NCBI GenBank assembly: GCA_964612595.1
Contig: CAZTFB010000001.1
Span: forward strand, 67,058-131,057
DNA from: an uncultured Gammaproteobacteria bacterium
GTDB taxonomy: Bacteria; Patescibacteriota; Microgenomatia; UBA1406; HO2-37-13b
Direction of reading: 5' to 3'
Length of the DNA stretch: 64,000 nucleotides
Position numbers and translations under genes: made by a program. Positions 27,797 through 37,038 of the stretch are shown here, one piece after another (the first letter of the stretch is position 1; each line of letters begins with the position of its first letter). Under the pieces are notes generated by a model, which was not told where the DNA came from, searched no databases, and saw only the letters and a list, made by a program, of their open reading frames with translations.

Positions 27797-27825
27797 TTGA
27801 CATATAGCCATAGAGGATATACTAT
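27797..27825 (+). promoter_or_regulatory. Candidate promoter TTGACA-N17-TACTAT upstream of the recombinase pseudogene
   Basis: TTGACA at 27797..27802 and TACTAT at 27820..27825. Confidence 0.4.
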
Positions 27826-27922
27826 CCGTATTACGAATAATCAACTAGAATTAGAATATGGAATAACGAGCATTTAAGGCTGAAAGGTAATCTCAAAATC
27901 TTCTCGACCAGTAACTTCTCAT

Positions 27923-29216
27923 ATGACTCTTGAGGAACGGCCACAGGTTGCCGCCAATCAAATAATAGATAGTACTATTGAAGATCAATTAAACGGATCC
28001 TTGCATCATAAAGTAAAGGAACCGAAATATATTATAGCAATACGTTTCAAACAAAAAGTGCTGTTGCAACTATTAGAGTATCCTCGCTTAAACAAGGACT
28101 CATTGGTGATTCAGAAGATGTTAACAAAAACAAATAGAACAGTTTGCAAAAACTCATAATATTCAAGTCGTAAAGTTTTTCTTTTTTATGGAGTCTGCAT
28201 CAAAAGAGGGACAGCCAGTCCAAGAGACCGTTGATTATTGCAAAAATTCTAAGCACAACATCCAGCTATTTACTGTCAAATCAACCGACCGTTTTACCAG
28301 AGGAGGATCATACTTTTATGACCACTTGGAAATGCAATATACCCGATATGGAGTGCAACTTGTTACTATATTTACGTCATTATCGGCGGCCAGCAGGTTA
28401 ACACCCTTGACGTTTGGGTGTTGTGTTTTAATGGAGCGTATATTCTCCAACAATGAAAGCTCAGATCTAGAATCTGAGCGAGCTAATGATGAAATTCGCG
28501 ATATTCTATCTCGTATGATAGGTGCGCAATCTGCTATGTTCGTATGGGATGCTGAATTGCTATCACGATGGACTGACGGTAAATCCATTGAAGGCCAATT
28601 TCCGGGGTTGATGAGTTACGATGCATTTAATAAAGCTCATAGGGACAAAATTGTCATTTCAGAGGTAAAAGTTGAAAAACGACAACCAGCAGATTGGAGC
28701 TAAAGAAATCCGTTATCAATTCAGATTATCCGTATAAACGGTATGTACTTTGTTCAAAATGTGAAAAGCCCTTATATAGAAATGCATCACGAGGACATTT
28801 GGAAGGTAAGTTTCCTGTATATCATTGCAGTCGGAATCACAAGTACCTTCGAATAAAGAAAAAAGATACATCAGAGATTGATAGTAAGCTTAAGAAACTT
28901 AACTATGAAATGGAAGCGCCAACTGAGAAGATAAAGGTAGTATTCTCAGAAACTATTATCCGGTCAATAAAAAGTGATTTATTGAAGCTCGATAAGGAAA
29001 TTAAGCTGCTTGAAGAGAAAAAGGATAAAAAGACTACATCAATATAGAAATTGTGATGGACAACATCAAATCTTACTTGGAACATATCTAAAAATACTGT
29101 TGGAAAGCCATGATCACATCAATAGAGCAGTCTATTTTGGCATACTTTTTACAGAAGCTCTTACATATACCGATTTAGTCTTTGGAACCCAAAAATTGGA
29201 GCCTTGTATTGACTGA
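27923..29216 (+). pseudogene. Large serine recombinase, multiply disrupted
   Basis: Pieces sit in different frames: (R)VSSLKQG catalytic-Ser region; NIQLFTVKSTDRFTRGG resolvase core (28188..28703); Zn-ribbon YVLCSKCEKPLY..VYHCSRNHKY (28694..29047); C-terminal tail in ORF 29010..29216. There are at least 3 frame breaks or stops. Confidence 0.7.
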
Positions 29217-29250
29217 ATGAAGAATTGAAACGTACTTACTCGTTAAATGT

Positions 29251-29323
29251 GGTCGCTAAGGGACTCGAACCCCTGACCTTTGCAATGTCAATGCAACGCT
29301 CTAACCAGCTGAGCTAAGCGACC
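29251..29323 (-). tRNA. tRNA-Val (anticodon GAC)
   Basis: Cloverleaf by hand: acceptor GGTCGCT/AGCGACC, anticodon stem TTGCA/TGCAA, loop TTGACAT, T-loop TTCGAGT. No encoded CCA. Confidence 0.9.
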
Positions 29324-29361
29324 GATAATGGTATTGTAGTATATAAGGTCGCAGAAGGCAA

Positions 29362-29922
29362 TTACTGCACGTTGCGTGCAGCGGTGAGTTCTTGGGATTG
29401 TGAGTACTGAGTGCCTTTCTTCTTTGCATTTGCCGCAAATGCTGAGCCTCTTTTAGCTTTCTTTGATTGCATCGCAGCGAGCCACGTTCGTGCCTCGCCT
29501 ACTTTAGCTTTTAAGCCATGTAAAAATGAGAGGATAAGTTCGAGATAGCGCACATGATATACGCCAACTTTATCAGGTAATGCTTGAAGAGCTACTTTCT
29601 CAATCTGAGCCACCTCAGCATTAAGTCCTTCGCTGTGGTTTTTTATTGCTTTTACTTCATATCGGATTTGCTCAACAAGCTGTTGAATTTCTTGAATTTG
29701 CTTTGGCTTCTCAACGGATTCCTTATGGTGAGATAAATCGAAGACTGTCTGTGTGAACTCGGGATTTGCAATACCACCTCTTTCTCTTGCCTTTTCCTGG
29801 GCTAATCTGGCTTCAAACTGTGCTCTTTGAGCTTCAATGTCTTTGGCAATAGCGATACCGTCTGAGGCTTGAACCCTCTCGTAGGGATTCTTGTATTGGG
29901 GATGTTGCTTTACGTTTTGCAT
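29362..29922 (-). CDS. Hypothetical protein, coiled-coil / Ala-Gln-Lys rich
   Basis: 186-aa intact ORF. No motif recognised. Confidence 0.5.
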   Translation of the reverse strand: MQNVKQHPQYKNPYERVQASDGIAIAKDIEAQRAQFEARLAQEKARERGGIANPEFTQTVFDLSHHKESVEKPKQIQEIQQLVEQIRYEVKAIKNHSEGLNAEVAQIEKVALQALPDKVGVYHVRYLELILSFLHGLKAKVGEARTWLAAMQSKKAKRGSAFAANAKKKGTQYSQSQELTAARNVQ

Positions 29923-29944
29923 GGCTAGCTACGCGTAAATTATA

Positions 29945-30823
29945 CTATAAGCTACTCAAAAAATCAATTACCTTCTGCTTTCGCAGCATGTTCATATATA
30001 CATAACTATTCTTCATAGCTTCGGCCTTTTCCTCCTCATTCTTAAGATTCTTTAAAAGCTTATCAAGTTCCTCAGCCTCAACTGTTATGTTTTCTTTATC
30101 AGCAATTTCAGTAAGAGCATACTCAATCTTGTACGTGGCCATAATATCATCCTCTAAATGTTTTTTAAGCTCATCCTGCGTCGTATTCTTTGATTGTAGA
30201 TATGCTTCTATGGTGAGCCCAACCTTACGCACGTCATCCAGTAATTGTGTAAGGCGTCGTTGTACTTCGTACTCAACGATAATGGATGAAAGTTCAATCG
30301 AAGTTTGCTTTACGAGCTCATCAAGCACCTTTTGAAGCACTTTTTCACGTTTAGCGTTAGTTTGAGCCTCAATATCAGGTGTTTTTTCATTATCTTTGCC
30401 TGGAACCCAAATATCGTCTTTTTTTACTTCTGATTGTGCACTAGAAACTATTTTTTTATAGTCAGGAAGCGTAATTTCAGGCTGAAGTGCAATTTTAAGG
30501 CTAAGTTCCCAGTCTTCACCTTCTTCTGCTTTTTTAAGATCAGCTTTAGGCGCCAGTGCTGGCTGTACCTTGTCTTTCTCTAAAATTTCTTTGTAAATGT
30601 CAGTAAACAGCTTCTGTATAAGCTTGTCATAGACCTTTTCTTTAGCAATAGTATTGCGTGCAATATCGATTGGTGCAGTGCCCTTTCTAAATCCAGGCAC
30701 CTCTGTTTCACTTACAACCTGTTTTAGAGTAAGCTCAAAGCGGTCTTCAATTTCCTTTTTTGGTACGATAACGGTATATTCGAGTGTTGTTTTCTCAATG
30801 GAATCTTTTTTTAGGTTGAACAT
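29945..30823 (-). CDS. tig: Trigger factor, short form without PPIase domain
   Basis: The N-terminal ribosome-binding signature PGFRKGTAP is joined directly to the C-terminal arm domain. It is 292 aa versus about 430 aa for canonical TF. Confidence 0.75.
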   Translation of the reverse strand: MFNLKKDSIEKTTLEYTVIVPKKEIEDRFELTLKQVVSETEVPGFRKGTAPIDIARNTIAKEKVYDKLIQKLFTDIYKEILEKDKVQPALAPKADLKKAEEGEDWELSLKIALQPEITLPDYKKIVSSAQSEVKKDDIWVPGKDNEKTPDIEAQTNAKREKVLQKVLDELVKQTSIELSSIIVEYEVQRRLTQLLDDVRKVGLTIEAYLQSKNTTQDELKKHLEDDIMATYKIEYALTEIADKENITVEAEELDKLLKNLKNEEEKAEAMKNSYVYMNMLRKQKVIDFLSSL

Positions 30824-30898
30824 ATATGTATTAAATAATAGTTAAAAAGTTAAATCTTGTTTAGCCCGAGGGGGTGCTCTAAATCACCCCCGAGGTTG

Positions 30899-30980
30899 TG
30901 CCAGGAGAGGGACTTGAACCCACACGCCTTGCGACACACGGTCCTAAGCCGTGCCTGTCTACCAATTCCAGCATCCTGGC
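30899..30980 (-). tRNA. tRNA-Leu (anticodon UAG)
   Basis: Acceptor GCCAGGA/TCCTGGC, anticodon stem CACGG/CCGTG, loop CTTAGGA, long variable arm, T-loop TTCAAGT. Confidence 0.9.
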
Positions 30981-31021
30981 GGCTTGTGACATTATAGCAT
31001 GCAAATAGCTTGTTGATATGT

Positions 31022-31570
31022 TTAAGATGAGAGAAGCTCAAAACGCTTCAGTTTCTCTTCTTCACGCTCAAATACATTGATATAGTTTTGTACTTTAGGA
31101 GCCCATGTGGTAGATCCACCCGCATATCGATGGCCAATCTGGGCAAGGTTTTCAGCACCCTTATTAATATACTTAAATCGCAAGGCATAGCCAACTTTGG
31201 CAATACCATGAGCAAAATTATCAAAAGGTATTTTTCCCACACCATACCCAAACACATTATGTGTGGGTTTAATATAGCGTAAACCAAATCCAGATTCTAC
31301 TCCTGCAATAGAAGGAAGCAAATATGGATCAAGGTTGAGCGCGCGTGCAGTTACCACAAAGGTCTCAGCCTCTGCAGCTAATGGTGACCCATAGCGTTCA
31401 AGTACGTTTTTAATTGCAGTAATTTCATATGCTGCATGGTTTTGAGCGTCTGAAACACTATCAACAGTAGTCTTAAGCTGTGCAGATGCACGAGCTTCTT
31501 CAGCAGAAACGCTAGCTGGCATTGCGCCTAGCATAACGATAAGAATGAATGTCAAAAGTATATTTTTCAT
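31022..31570 (-). CDS. Secreted lysozyme-like (SLT/glucosaminidase-type) cell-wall hydrolase, paralog A
   Basis: Signal peptide MKNILLTFILIVMLGAMPASVSA. Putative catalytic-Glu block LLPSIAGVESGFG..NVFGYG. Collinear similarity to the next gene. The tracked ORF starts 6 nt earlier at a TTG. Confidence 0.5.
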   Translation of the reverse strand: MKNILLTFILIVMLGAMPASVSAEEARASAQLKTTVDSVSDAQNHAAYEITAIKNVLERYGSPLAAEAETFVVTARALNLDPYLLPSIAGVESGFGLRYIKPTHNVFGYGVGKIPFDNFAHGIAKVGYALRFKYINKGAENLAQIGHRYAGGSTTWAPKVQNYINVFEREEEKLKRFELLSS

Positions 31571-31602
31571 AATCAATAAAAACTCTTAATACCCTATTAC
31601 CT

Positions 31603-31645
31603 AAAATGCCGGCGTTCTCGAAATAAATTTCTTGAACAACCGGCA
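31603..31645 (-). terminator. Imperfect long hairpin followed by UUUU between the two hydrolase paralogs
   Basis: TGCCGG (31645..31640 on the minus strand) pairs with CCGGCA (31612..31607), with internal GTTC/GAAC and GAAAT/ATTTC pairs, followed by TTTTA. Confidence 0.4.
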
Positions 31646-31655
31646 CCTATGAATA

Positions 31656-31683
31656 ATTATAGCACATATTATAGGCTTGTCAA
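31656..31683 (-). promoter_or_regulatory. Near-consensus promoter TTGACA-N16-TATAAT
   Basis: Minus strand has TTGACA (31683..31678), a 16-nt spacer, then TATAAT (31661..31656). Confidence 0.5.
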
Positions 31684-31694
31684 GTGTTGTGTAA

Positions 31695-32294
31695 TTATGA
31701 AGATTCGATGCGATCTATGAAGTGTCTAACCGCCCATGCCCAACTCCCATTTGAGCTCGGAGTATACTTTTTCATGATGTCCTCAGTCGTAACCAATCCT
31801 TTATCTATGTAGAGTCGCTTGATACCTGAGGACACGGTTCGGATACCCTCTTCGTATGAACTAAATTTCGTGACGGTGTCTCCATATATTCCCCAACCCC
31901 AACAATTATGGGATCCTGGAGGTATTTTTTTACAGCCAGTCGACTCTTGCATGGCGATGGCCACCAGAACTCGATAATCATAGCCATATTTATCTGCCTC
32001 CTCAACGATTACGTGAGTGTATTCAAAAAGTGGAGAGTTCATTGATCGGAGAAATCGCTGCAAATTTGCGGCACGGCCATCTGCAAGTTTAACCTCAGAA
32101 TCGATAGCACCAAGGACGAGAGGAGGATGATTAAATTGGTCGGACGGAGAGTATTCAAGTCTTTCAAGATCCTGAAGAATTTGAGCGTGAGAGCGTTCAA
32201 GCTTAGATTTGTCATTAAGCATGATAATAAGCCCAAGATTAAATACAAGTAGGAATACAAACATACCTAGCAATTTTGGAAGCTTTTTTTGCAT
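31695..32294 (-). CDS. Membrane-anchored lysozyme-like cell-wall hydrolase, paralog B
   Basis: N-terminal TM anchor. LVAIAMQESTGCK..NCWGWG block (SLT-like catalytic ES). Confidence 0.5.
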   Translation of the reverse strand: MQKKLPKLLGMFVFLLVFNLGLIIMLNDKSKLERSHAQILQDLERLEYSPSDQFNHPPLVLGAIDSEVKLADGRAANLQRFLRSMNSPLFEYTHVIVEEADKYGYDYRVLVAIAMQESTGCKKIPPGSHNCWGWGIYGDTVTKFSSYEEGIRTVSSGIKRLYIDKGLVTTEDIMKKYTPSSNGSWAWAVRHFIDRIESS

Positions 32295-32330
32295 AGTTTC
32301 ATACTAAATTATGCGTGTTTGAATGTCAAA

Positions 32331-32897
32331 TTAGAGCTTATAGTAGTAGATGGGGTAAGGCCTCACGTTATCTTTTTTTATAAGATACTTTTTGAATGGG
32401 GGTATACAAAATCCGTAGGATATGAGTATAGTATTGTGTTTGCATGTTTTTTTAAGAACTGGATGAAGCTTGCGAATAATGGCTGGCAGCAAAAAAATGT
32501 AGACATGTGTGACGTTAGAATAATCATAGTGCAGTGCATTTCCAAGTGTGAACTGGATGTTTTTTGAACCGAACAGCCTGTTTCTTAGCCGACTCATGTA
32601 ATGGAGGAATGGATTGACTTCAAGACCTATTACGTCACAATGGTAATTTCTTTGAATATACATGGCAAGTTCACCAGTTCCTGAACCAACCTCAATAAAC
32701 CGGCTTTTATTAGTAATATGCGTATGATCAAACATCCTTTGGCGCACTGTAGTAGCTGTTTTTACATAAGGTGCGCCATCAAGTGCTGAGACAATAAGCG
32801 AGCAGGTATATATGAAAATGCTTATTAGATAGAAAAGAATAAAAATAACTGTGCAATAGTATAAAATCGCAATCATGCAAGCTATTATAGCCTCCAT
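32331..32897 (-). CDS. Class I SAM-dependent methyltransferase with N-terminal TM helix
   Basis: Motif I FIEVGSGTGELAMYI and motif II VIGLEVNP. Confidence 0.7.
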   Translation of the reverse strand: MEAIIACMIAILYYCTVIFILFYLISIFIYTCSLIVSALDGAPYVKTATTVRQRMFDHTHITNKSRFIEVGSGTGELAMYIQRNYHCDVIGLEVNPFLHYMSRLRNRLFGSKNIQFTLGNALHYDYSNVTHVYIFLLPAIIRKLHPVLKKTCKHNTILISYGFCIPPFKKYLIKKDNVRPYPIYYYKL

Positions 32898-32920
32898 TTG
32901 CTATAATTGTCCTAATTATT

Positions 32921-32992
32921 GCCTCTGTAGCTTAATGGATAGAGTACGTGGCTTCGAACCATGTGATGGGGGTTCGATTCCCTCCAGAGGCA
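32921..32992 (+). tRNA. tRNA-Arg (anticodon UCG)
   Basis: Acceptor GCCTCTG/CAGAGGC, anticodon stem CGTGG/CCATG, loop CTTCGAA, T-loop TTCGATT. TATAAT at 32902..32907 lies 13 nt upstream. Confidence 0.9.
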
Positions 32993-33032
32993 CCCAGCTC
33001 TATATTTAACTATAGGTTGGAATGCACATATT

Positions 33033-33110
33033 GGTGGCTGTAGCTCAGTTGGTTAGAGCGACAGTTTGTGGAACTGTAGGTCGCGGGTTCGAATCCCGTC
33101 AGTCACCCCA
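33033..33110 (+). tRNA. tRNA-His (anticodon GUG) with encoded G-1 and 3' CCA
   Basis: G-1 + acceptor GTGGCTG/CAGTCAC + C73 + CCA. Anticodon stem ACAGT/ACTGT, loop TTGTGGA. This is the only tRNA in the window with an encoded CCA. Confidence 0.9.
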
Positions 33111-33204
33111 AAGTAGATGTACCTAACCCTGGCATAATCAGCCTCAGCAATACTCTTTTAGAGCCTATACAGTTATCCTAGTAGATCTATTATATACTTG
33201 CAGT

Positions 33205-34677
33205 ATGCCAAAGAAAATAATTGTTGTAGGAGCTGGATTTGGTGGCCTGTGTGCTGCAGCACTGCTTGCTAAAGATGGTCATGAAGTTACAGTCCTCGAG
33301 AAAAACTCTCGCATGGGAGGCCGCGCTATGACCTTTGATGCGAAAGGTTTTCACTTCGACATGGGTCCATCATGGTATCTTATGCCTGAGGTTTTTGAAG
33401 ACTTCTTCAAACTTTTTGGTAGGAATATTTCTGACTATCTAAAACTGAAACCTCTTGATCCTATGTATCGTATGTACTTTTCTCCCGACGAACATATAGA
33501 TATCGTTCGAGATCTTAAGAAAAACCTAGCAACTTTTGAGAAGATGGAGAAAGGAGCATCTCAAAATATTCAAAACTATTTAGACAATGCTAAAGTCCAA
33601 TATGACCTTGCCATAAAACATTTTCTCTATACTGAGTTTAAAAGTTTTTTAGATTTTATTAAACCAGAACTTTTCAGCATTGGAGGAAAAGTTAATGCCT
33701 TTAAAAAGCTTGACGAACATATTAGTGCATATACTAAAGATGAACGACTAAAAAAGATTCTCGGCTATACTATGGTATTTCTTGGTGGTGCACCTAGTAA
33801 TACGCCAGCGCTTTACTCTTTAATGTCGCATGTAGACTATAACCTTGGTGTATTCTATCCAGAGGGTGGATTTGGTTCACTTGCAGAAGCTTTTATAAAA
33901 CTTGGCAAGGAATATGGTGTTACTTATAAAACCTCCACTCCAGTTGAAAAAATAATTGTTAAGGATGCAATTGTACAAGGGGTTAAAACTAAAAAAGGCA
34001 TTATAAAAGCGGATATTGTCCTCTCTAATGCTGATTATCATCACACAGAAAGCACGCTTCTTGCACCTGAATATCGTTCATATTCCAAGAAGTATTGGGA
34101 ATCACGAACTATGGCTCCGTCAGCTTTTATTATCCATCTTGGTATTAAAGGAAAAGTCAAAAAACTCATTCATCATAATCTCATACTTACGCAGGATTGG
34201 CAGAACCACTTTGATGAAATTTTTAATGATCCGAAGTGGCCTGATAATCCTTCATATTATGTGTGTTGTCCCTCTAAATCGGATCGTACAGTAGCGCCAC
34301 AAGGTGACGATGTGCTCTTTATCCTTGTCCCCGTTGCTTCAGGTTTGAAGGATAAGGAGGATGTAAGAAGCGCGTATTACAAGAAAGTTATGAGCGATTT
34401 AGCACGACACACAGGTGAAGCGTTGGATGATAGAATTATGTACAAACGCATATACGCACATAAAGATTTTACTGAGGATTTCAATGCATACAAAGGCACA
34501 GCGCTGGGTCTTGCCCATACTATGAGGCAGACTGCACTATTCCGACCTCGAATGAAAAGTAAGAGGCTGAATAATATGTATTTTGTTGGACAATATACGC
34601 AGCCCGGGATCGGTGTGCCAATAGCTGTTATTTCAGCGCAACTTGTTACTGAGCGTATAAAAAAAGAGTATGCCTAG
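33205..34677 (+). CDS. crtI: Phytoene desaturase family (CrtI/CrtN-type) FAD-dependent carotenoid desaturase
   Basis: 490 aa. Dinucleotide fold VVGAGFGGLCAAALLAKDGHEVTVLEKNSRMGGRA, GPSWYLMPEVFEDFF, C-terminal NMYFVGQYTQPGIGVP. Confidence 0.85.
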   Translation: MPKKIIVVGAGFGGLCAAALLAKDGHEVTVLEKNSRMGGRAMTFDAKGFHFDMGPSWYLMPEVFEDFFKLFGRNISDYLKLKPLDPMYRMYFSPDEHIDIVRDLKKNLATFEKMEKGASQNIQNYLDNAKVQYDLAIKHFLYTEFKSFLDFIKPELFSIGGKVNAFKKLDEHISAYTKDERLKKILGYTMVFLGGAPSNTPALYSLMSHVDYNLGVFYPEGGFGSLAEAFIKLGKEYGVTYKTSTPVEKIIVKDAIVQGVKTKKGIIKADIVLSNADYHHTESTLLAPEYRSYSKKYWESRTMAPSAFIIHLGIKGKVKKLIHHNLILTQDWQNHFDEIFNDPKWPDNPSYYVCCPSKSDRTVAPQGDDVLFILVPVASGLKDKEDVRSAYYKKVMSDLARHTGEALDDRIMYKRIYAHKDFTEDFNAYKGTALGLAHTMRQTALFRPRMKSKRLNNMYFVGQYTQPGIGVPIAVISAQLVTERIKKEYA

Positions 34678-35488
34678 TTCATTCGATATTAAAAAGAAAA
34701 TTTTCAAAGGCGCAAGTACCACATACTATTATTCGAGCATGTTTTTTACCCCAAAGATAAAGGATGCAGTATTTACCCTCTACGCATTTGTAAGATATGC
34801 AGATGACTTGATCGATACAGTTCCTCCTAGAATTACAGAGCTTAAAAAATTACGAGAAGATATAAAAAAAGCATTTAAAGGTAAAAGCATCGGCAACCCT
34901 ATTATTGATGATTTTGCTGAACTTGCTCACGAGAAAGGATTCGACCCAAAATGGACATGGGCATTTCTTGACTCTATGGAGTCTGATGTAACAATCCATA
35001 AATATGATACTTATGAAGATCTGAAAAAGTATATGTATGGGTCTGCAGAAGTCATTGGTTTGTATATGAGTAAGATATTTGACACGCCAGAAGTCGCATA
35101 TCCTTACGCTCAGGCTCAAGGAGAAGCTATGCAATTCATCAATATTGTTCGTGATATAAAAGAAGATTTTGAACTTGGAAGACAGTACATTCCTACAGAA
35201 GATCTTAAGAGGTTTTCTACACATATTCCACCAAAGCCAGATGAAATTGAGAATTTCTGCAAGCTTGTGAGATATGAGATTCAAAGATATAGAAAAATTC
35301 AGAAAAAAGCTGATAAAGGGCATCCGTACATTAATAGTCGCTTCAGAATAATGGTGCGAACTTCAGCAGAGATGTATAAATGGACTGCTCGACAGATTGA
35401 AAAAAATCCTATGATTGTGTTCGAAAAAAAAGTAAAACCACCAAAGTGGTATGTTATTCTTACCGCACTTAGATATGCAATCTTCTAA
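34670..35488 (+). CDS. crtB: Phytoene/squalene synthase family (CrtB/CrtM)
   Basis: Asp-rich motifs YAFVRYADDLID and IVRDIKEDFELGRQYIP. Overlaps crtI by 8 nt. Confidence 0.85.
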   Translation: MPSSFDIKKKIFKGASTTYYYSSMFFTPKIKDAVFTLYAFVRYADDLIDTVPPRITELKKLREDIKKAFKGKSIGNPIIDDFAELAHEKGFDPKWTWAFLDSMESDVTIHKYDTYEDLKKYMYGSAEVIGLYMSKIFDTPEVAYPYAQAQGEAMQFINIVRDIKEDFELGRQYIPTEDLKRFSTHIPPKPDEIENFCKLVRYEIQRYRKIQKKADKGHPYINSRFRIMVRTSAEMYKWTARQIEKNPMIVFEKKVKPPKWYVILTALRYAIF

Positions 35489-36311
35489 CATTGGAAGATT
35501 TTCAAGATATATTCTTAAGATTTCTCGGCCACGATTCTGGTTGTATCTTGCAGGTCCTGTGTTGATTGGATTGGGTGGCAATTTAGATATGTATTCGATA
35601 TATCTATTGTTGTTTTTCATGCTTCCAGCAAATATATTTCTCTATGGTGTTAACGATCTTTATGATCGACGAACCGATGCACTCAATGTTAAAAAAAGCA
35701 TGAGGGAAACTCGCATAACGTCTAGGGAAGATGTAAAGACGCTAAGAATTGCTATTCTGACATCAATCTTACTCTCAATTCCTCTTTTTGTTCTAGGAAC
35801 CGCGGTTGTGCGGCTACTGTTTGGGTTATTTTTCTTTTTGTCATTTGCTTACAGTGCTCCCCCGCTTCGTTTTAAAGCAAAACCATATCTTGATTCTATG
35901 TCAAACATTTTGTACGTAGTACCTGGCATTATTAGTTATGTGTACGCTCATGGGTCTGTCCCTGAGGTAAAAAATATTACTGCAGCAGCTTTGTGGACAT
36001 GGGCAATGCATCTTTTCTCAGCCGTTCCCGATATTGAACCGGATAACAAAGCTGGTATTCAAACAACAGCTGTTGTGCTTGGGAAACAAAGAAGTCTACT
36101 TTTATGCGTTGTGTACTGGGGACTTGCTACCATTCTGGTTTCATCATACCCAATAGTAATGCTTATTGGCTTAGTCTATGTATGTATTCCTGCGGTATTG
36201 TACCTTAAGCGCGCCAGTACTCACACAATATCCGAAGTTTATTGGAAATTCCCTTTGTTGAATGGGATTGTTGGGTTTGGATTATATCTATACAATCTTT
36301 TTGTCATATGA
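35475..36311 (+). CDS. UbiA-family membrane prenyltransferase (lycopene-elongase-like context)
   Basis: NDLYDRRTD (NxxxDxxxD) and DIEPDNKAG motifs with about 8 TM helices. Probable start is the internal Met at 35475 (tracked ORF starts at 35451). Confidence 0.7.
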   Translation: MQSSNIGRFSRYILKISRPRFWLYLAGPVLIGLGGNLDMYSIYLLLFFMLPANIFLYGVNDLYDRRTDALNVKKSMRETRITSREDVKTLRIAILTSILLSIPLFVLGTAVVRLLFGLFFFLSFAYSAPPLRFKAKPYLDSMSNILYVVPGIISYVYAHGSVPEVKNITAAALWTWAMHLFSAVPDIEPDNKAGIQTTAVVLGKQRSLLLCVVYWGLATILVSSYPIVMLIGLVYVCIPAVLYLKRASTHTISEVYWKFPLLNGIVGFGLYLYNLFVI

Positions 36312-37024
36312 AACTGAGTATAGTTATTCCAACGCTAAATGAAGAAGCCTATATTGACAAACTTATTCAGTCAATTAATGAGCAGATCTTTAAACCATTT
36401 GAAATAATTGTTGTTGACTGTGGGTCAACAGATGCTACACAAGAAATCGTTCAAAAACACGAAGAGATAACGCTGATACGCGAAGATAAACCAGTCGGTA
36501 ATCAACGGGATCGAGGTGGGAGAAAGGCATGCGGCGATATGTTACTTTTTCTCGATGCAGACGTCTTTTTAGAACGTAATTTTATAAAAGCATCATTGGC
36601 GGAGATGAGACAACGTCAACTAACTATTGCCTGTCCTCGCTACATTCCCTACCCAGGATCTTTTGTAATAAGGGGATTTTATAGCTTTTTCAATATACTA
36701 TTTAAAATTTCACAAAATCATAAACCATCTGGAGCTGGTTCATGTATTTTTGTTACCAAAGATGTGTTTCTTTCCACAGGTGGGTTTGATTCAAAGTATG
36801 TGTTTGACGATATTGTATTTATTCGGAAAGCATCTCAGCGTGGCAGTTTTGGCATGCTTGATACGCACATCTTTGTTTCTGATAGACGCATCCGAAGATA
36901 TGGATTAATCCCTACCGTAATGACATACTTTCTGCTTTCAATATGTTTTCTGTTTGGATTATATGGATTGTCAAATTATCTCCCATATTCATTTGGGTTA
37001 TTTCATACCAAGAATATGGACTAG
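36308..37024 (+). CDS. Family 2 glycosyltransferase (carotenoid glycosyltransferase-like context)
   Basis: MKLSIVIPTLNEE start, DxD (LFLDADVF), C-terminal TM segment. ATGA start/stop overlap with the prenyltransferase gene. Confidence 0.7.
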   Translation: MKLSIVIPTLNEEAYIDKLIQSINEQIFKPFEIIVVDCGSTDATQEIVQKHEEITLIREDKPVGNQRDRGGRKACGDMLLFLDADVFLERNFIKASLAEMRQRQLTIACPRYIPYPGSFVIRGFYSFFNILFKISQNHKPSGAGSCIFVTKDVFLSTGGFDSKYVFDDIVFIRKASQRGSFGMLDTHIFVSDRRIRRYGLIPTVMTYFLLSICFLFGLYGLSNYLPYSFGLFHTKNMD

Positions 37025-37038
37025 TATAATAATAAGAT

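Larger units (their letters stand above)
25200..29250. mobile_element. Decayed integrative (plasmid/ICE-like) element abutting the 3' end of tRNA-Val(GAC)
   Basis: Every recognisable gene is a fragment or pseudogene of mobile-element type (serine recombinase, replication-relaxation, XRE HTH, PLD nuclease). The recombinase tail ends 35 nt from the tRNA 3' end. The left boundary is approximate. Confidence 0.55.

Noticed and set aside
30863-30898. G5/C5 complementary runs downstream of tRNA-Leu(UAG) as a terminator
   Set aside because: Only 5 bp can pair, with a 12-nt loop and no U-tract.
34850-35323. 157-aa minus-strand ORF in the carotenoid cluster
   Set aside because: It is antisense to crtB, whose Asp-rich motifs are intact. 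Low-complexity, Ile/Phe/Asn-rich translation is typical of AT-rich antisense frames.
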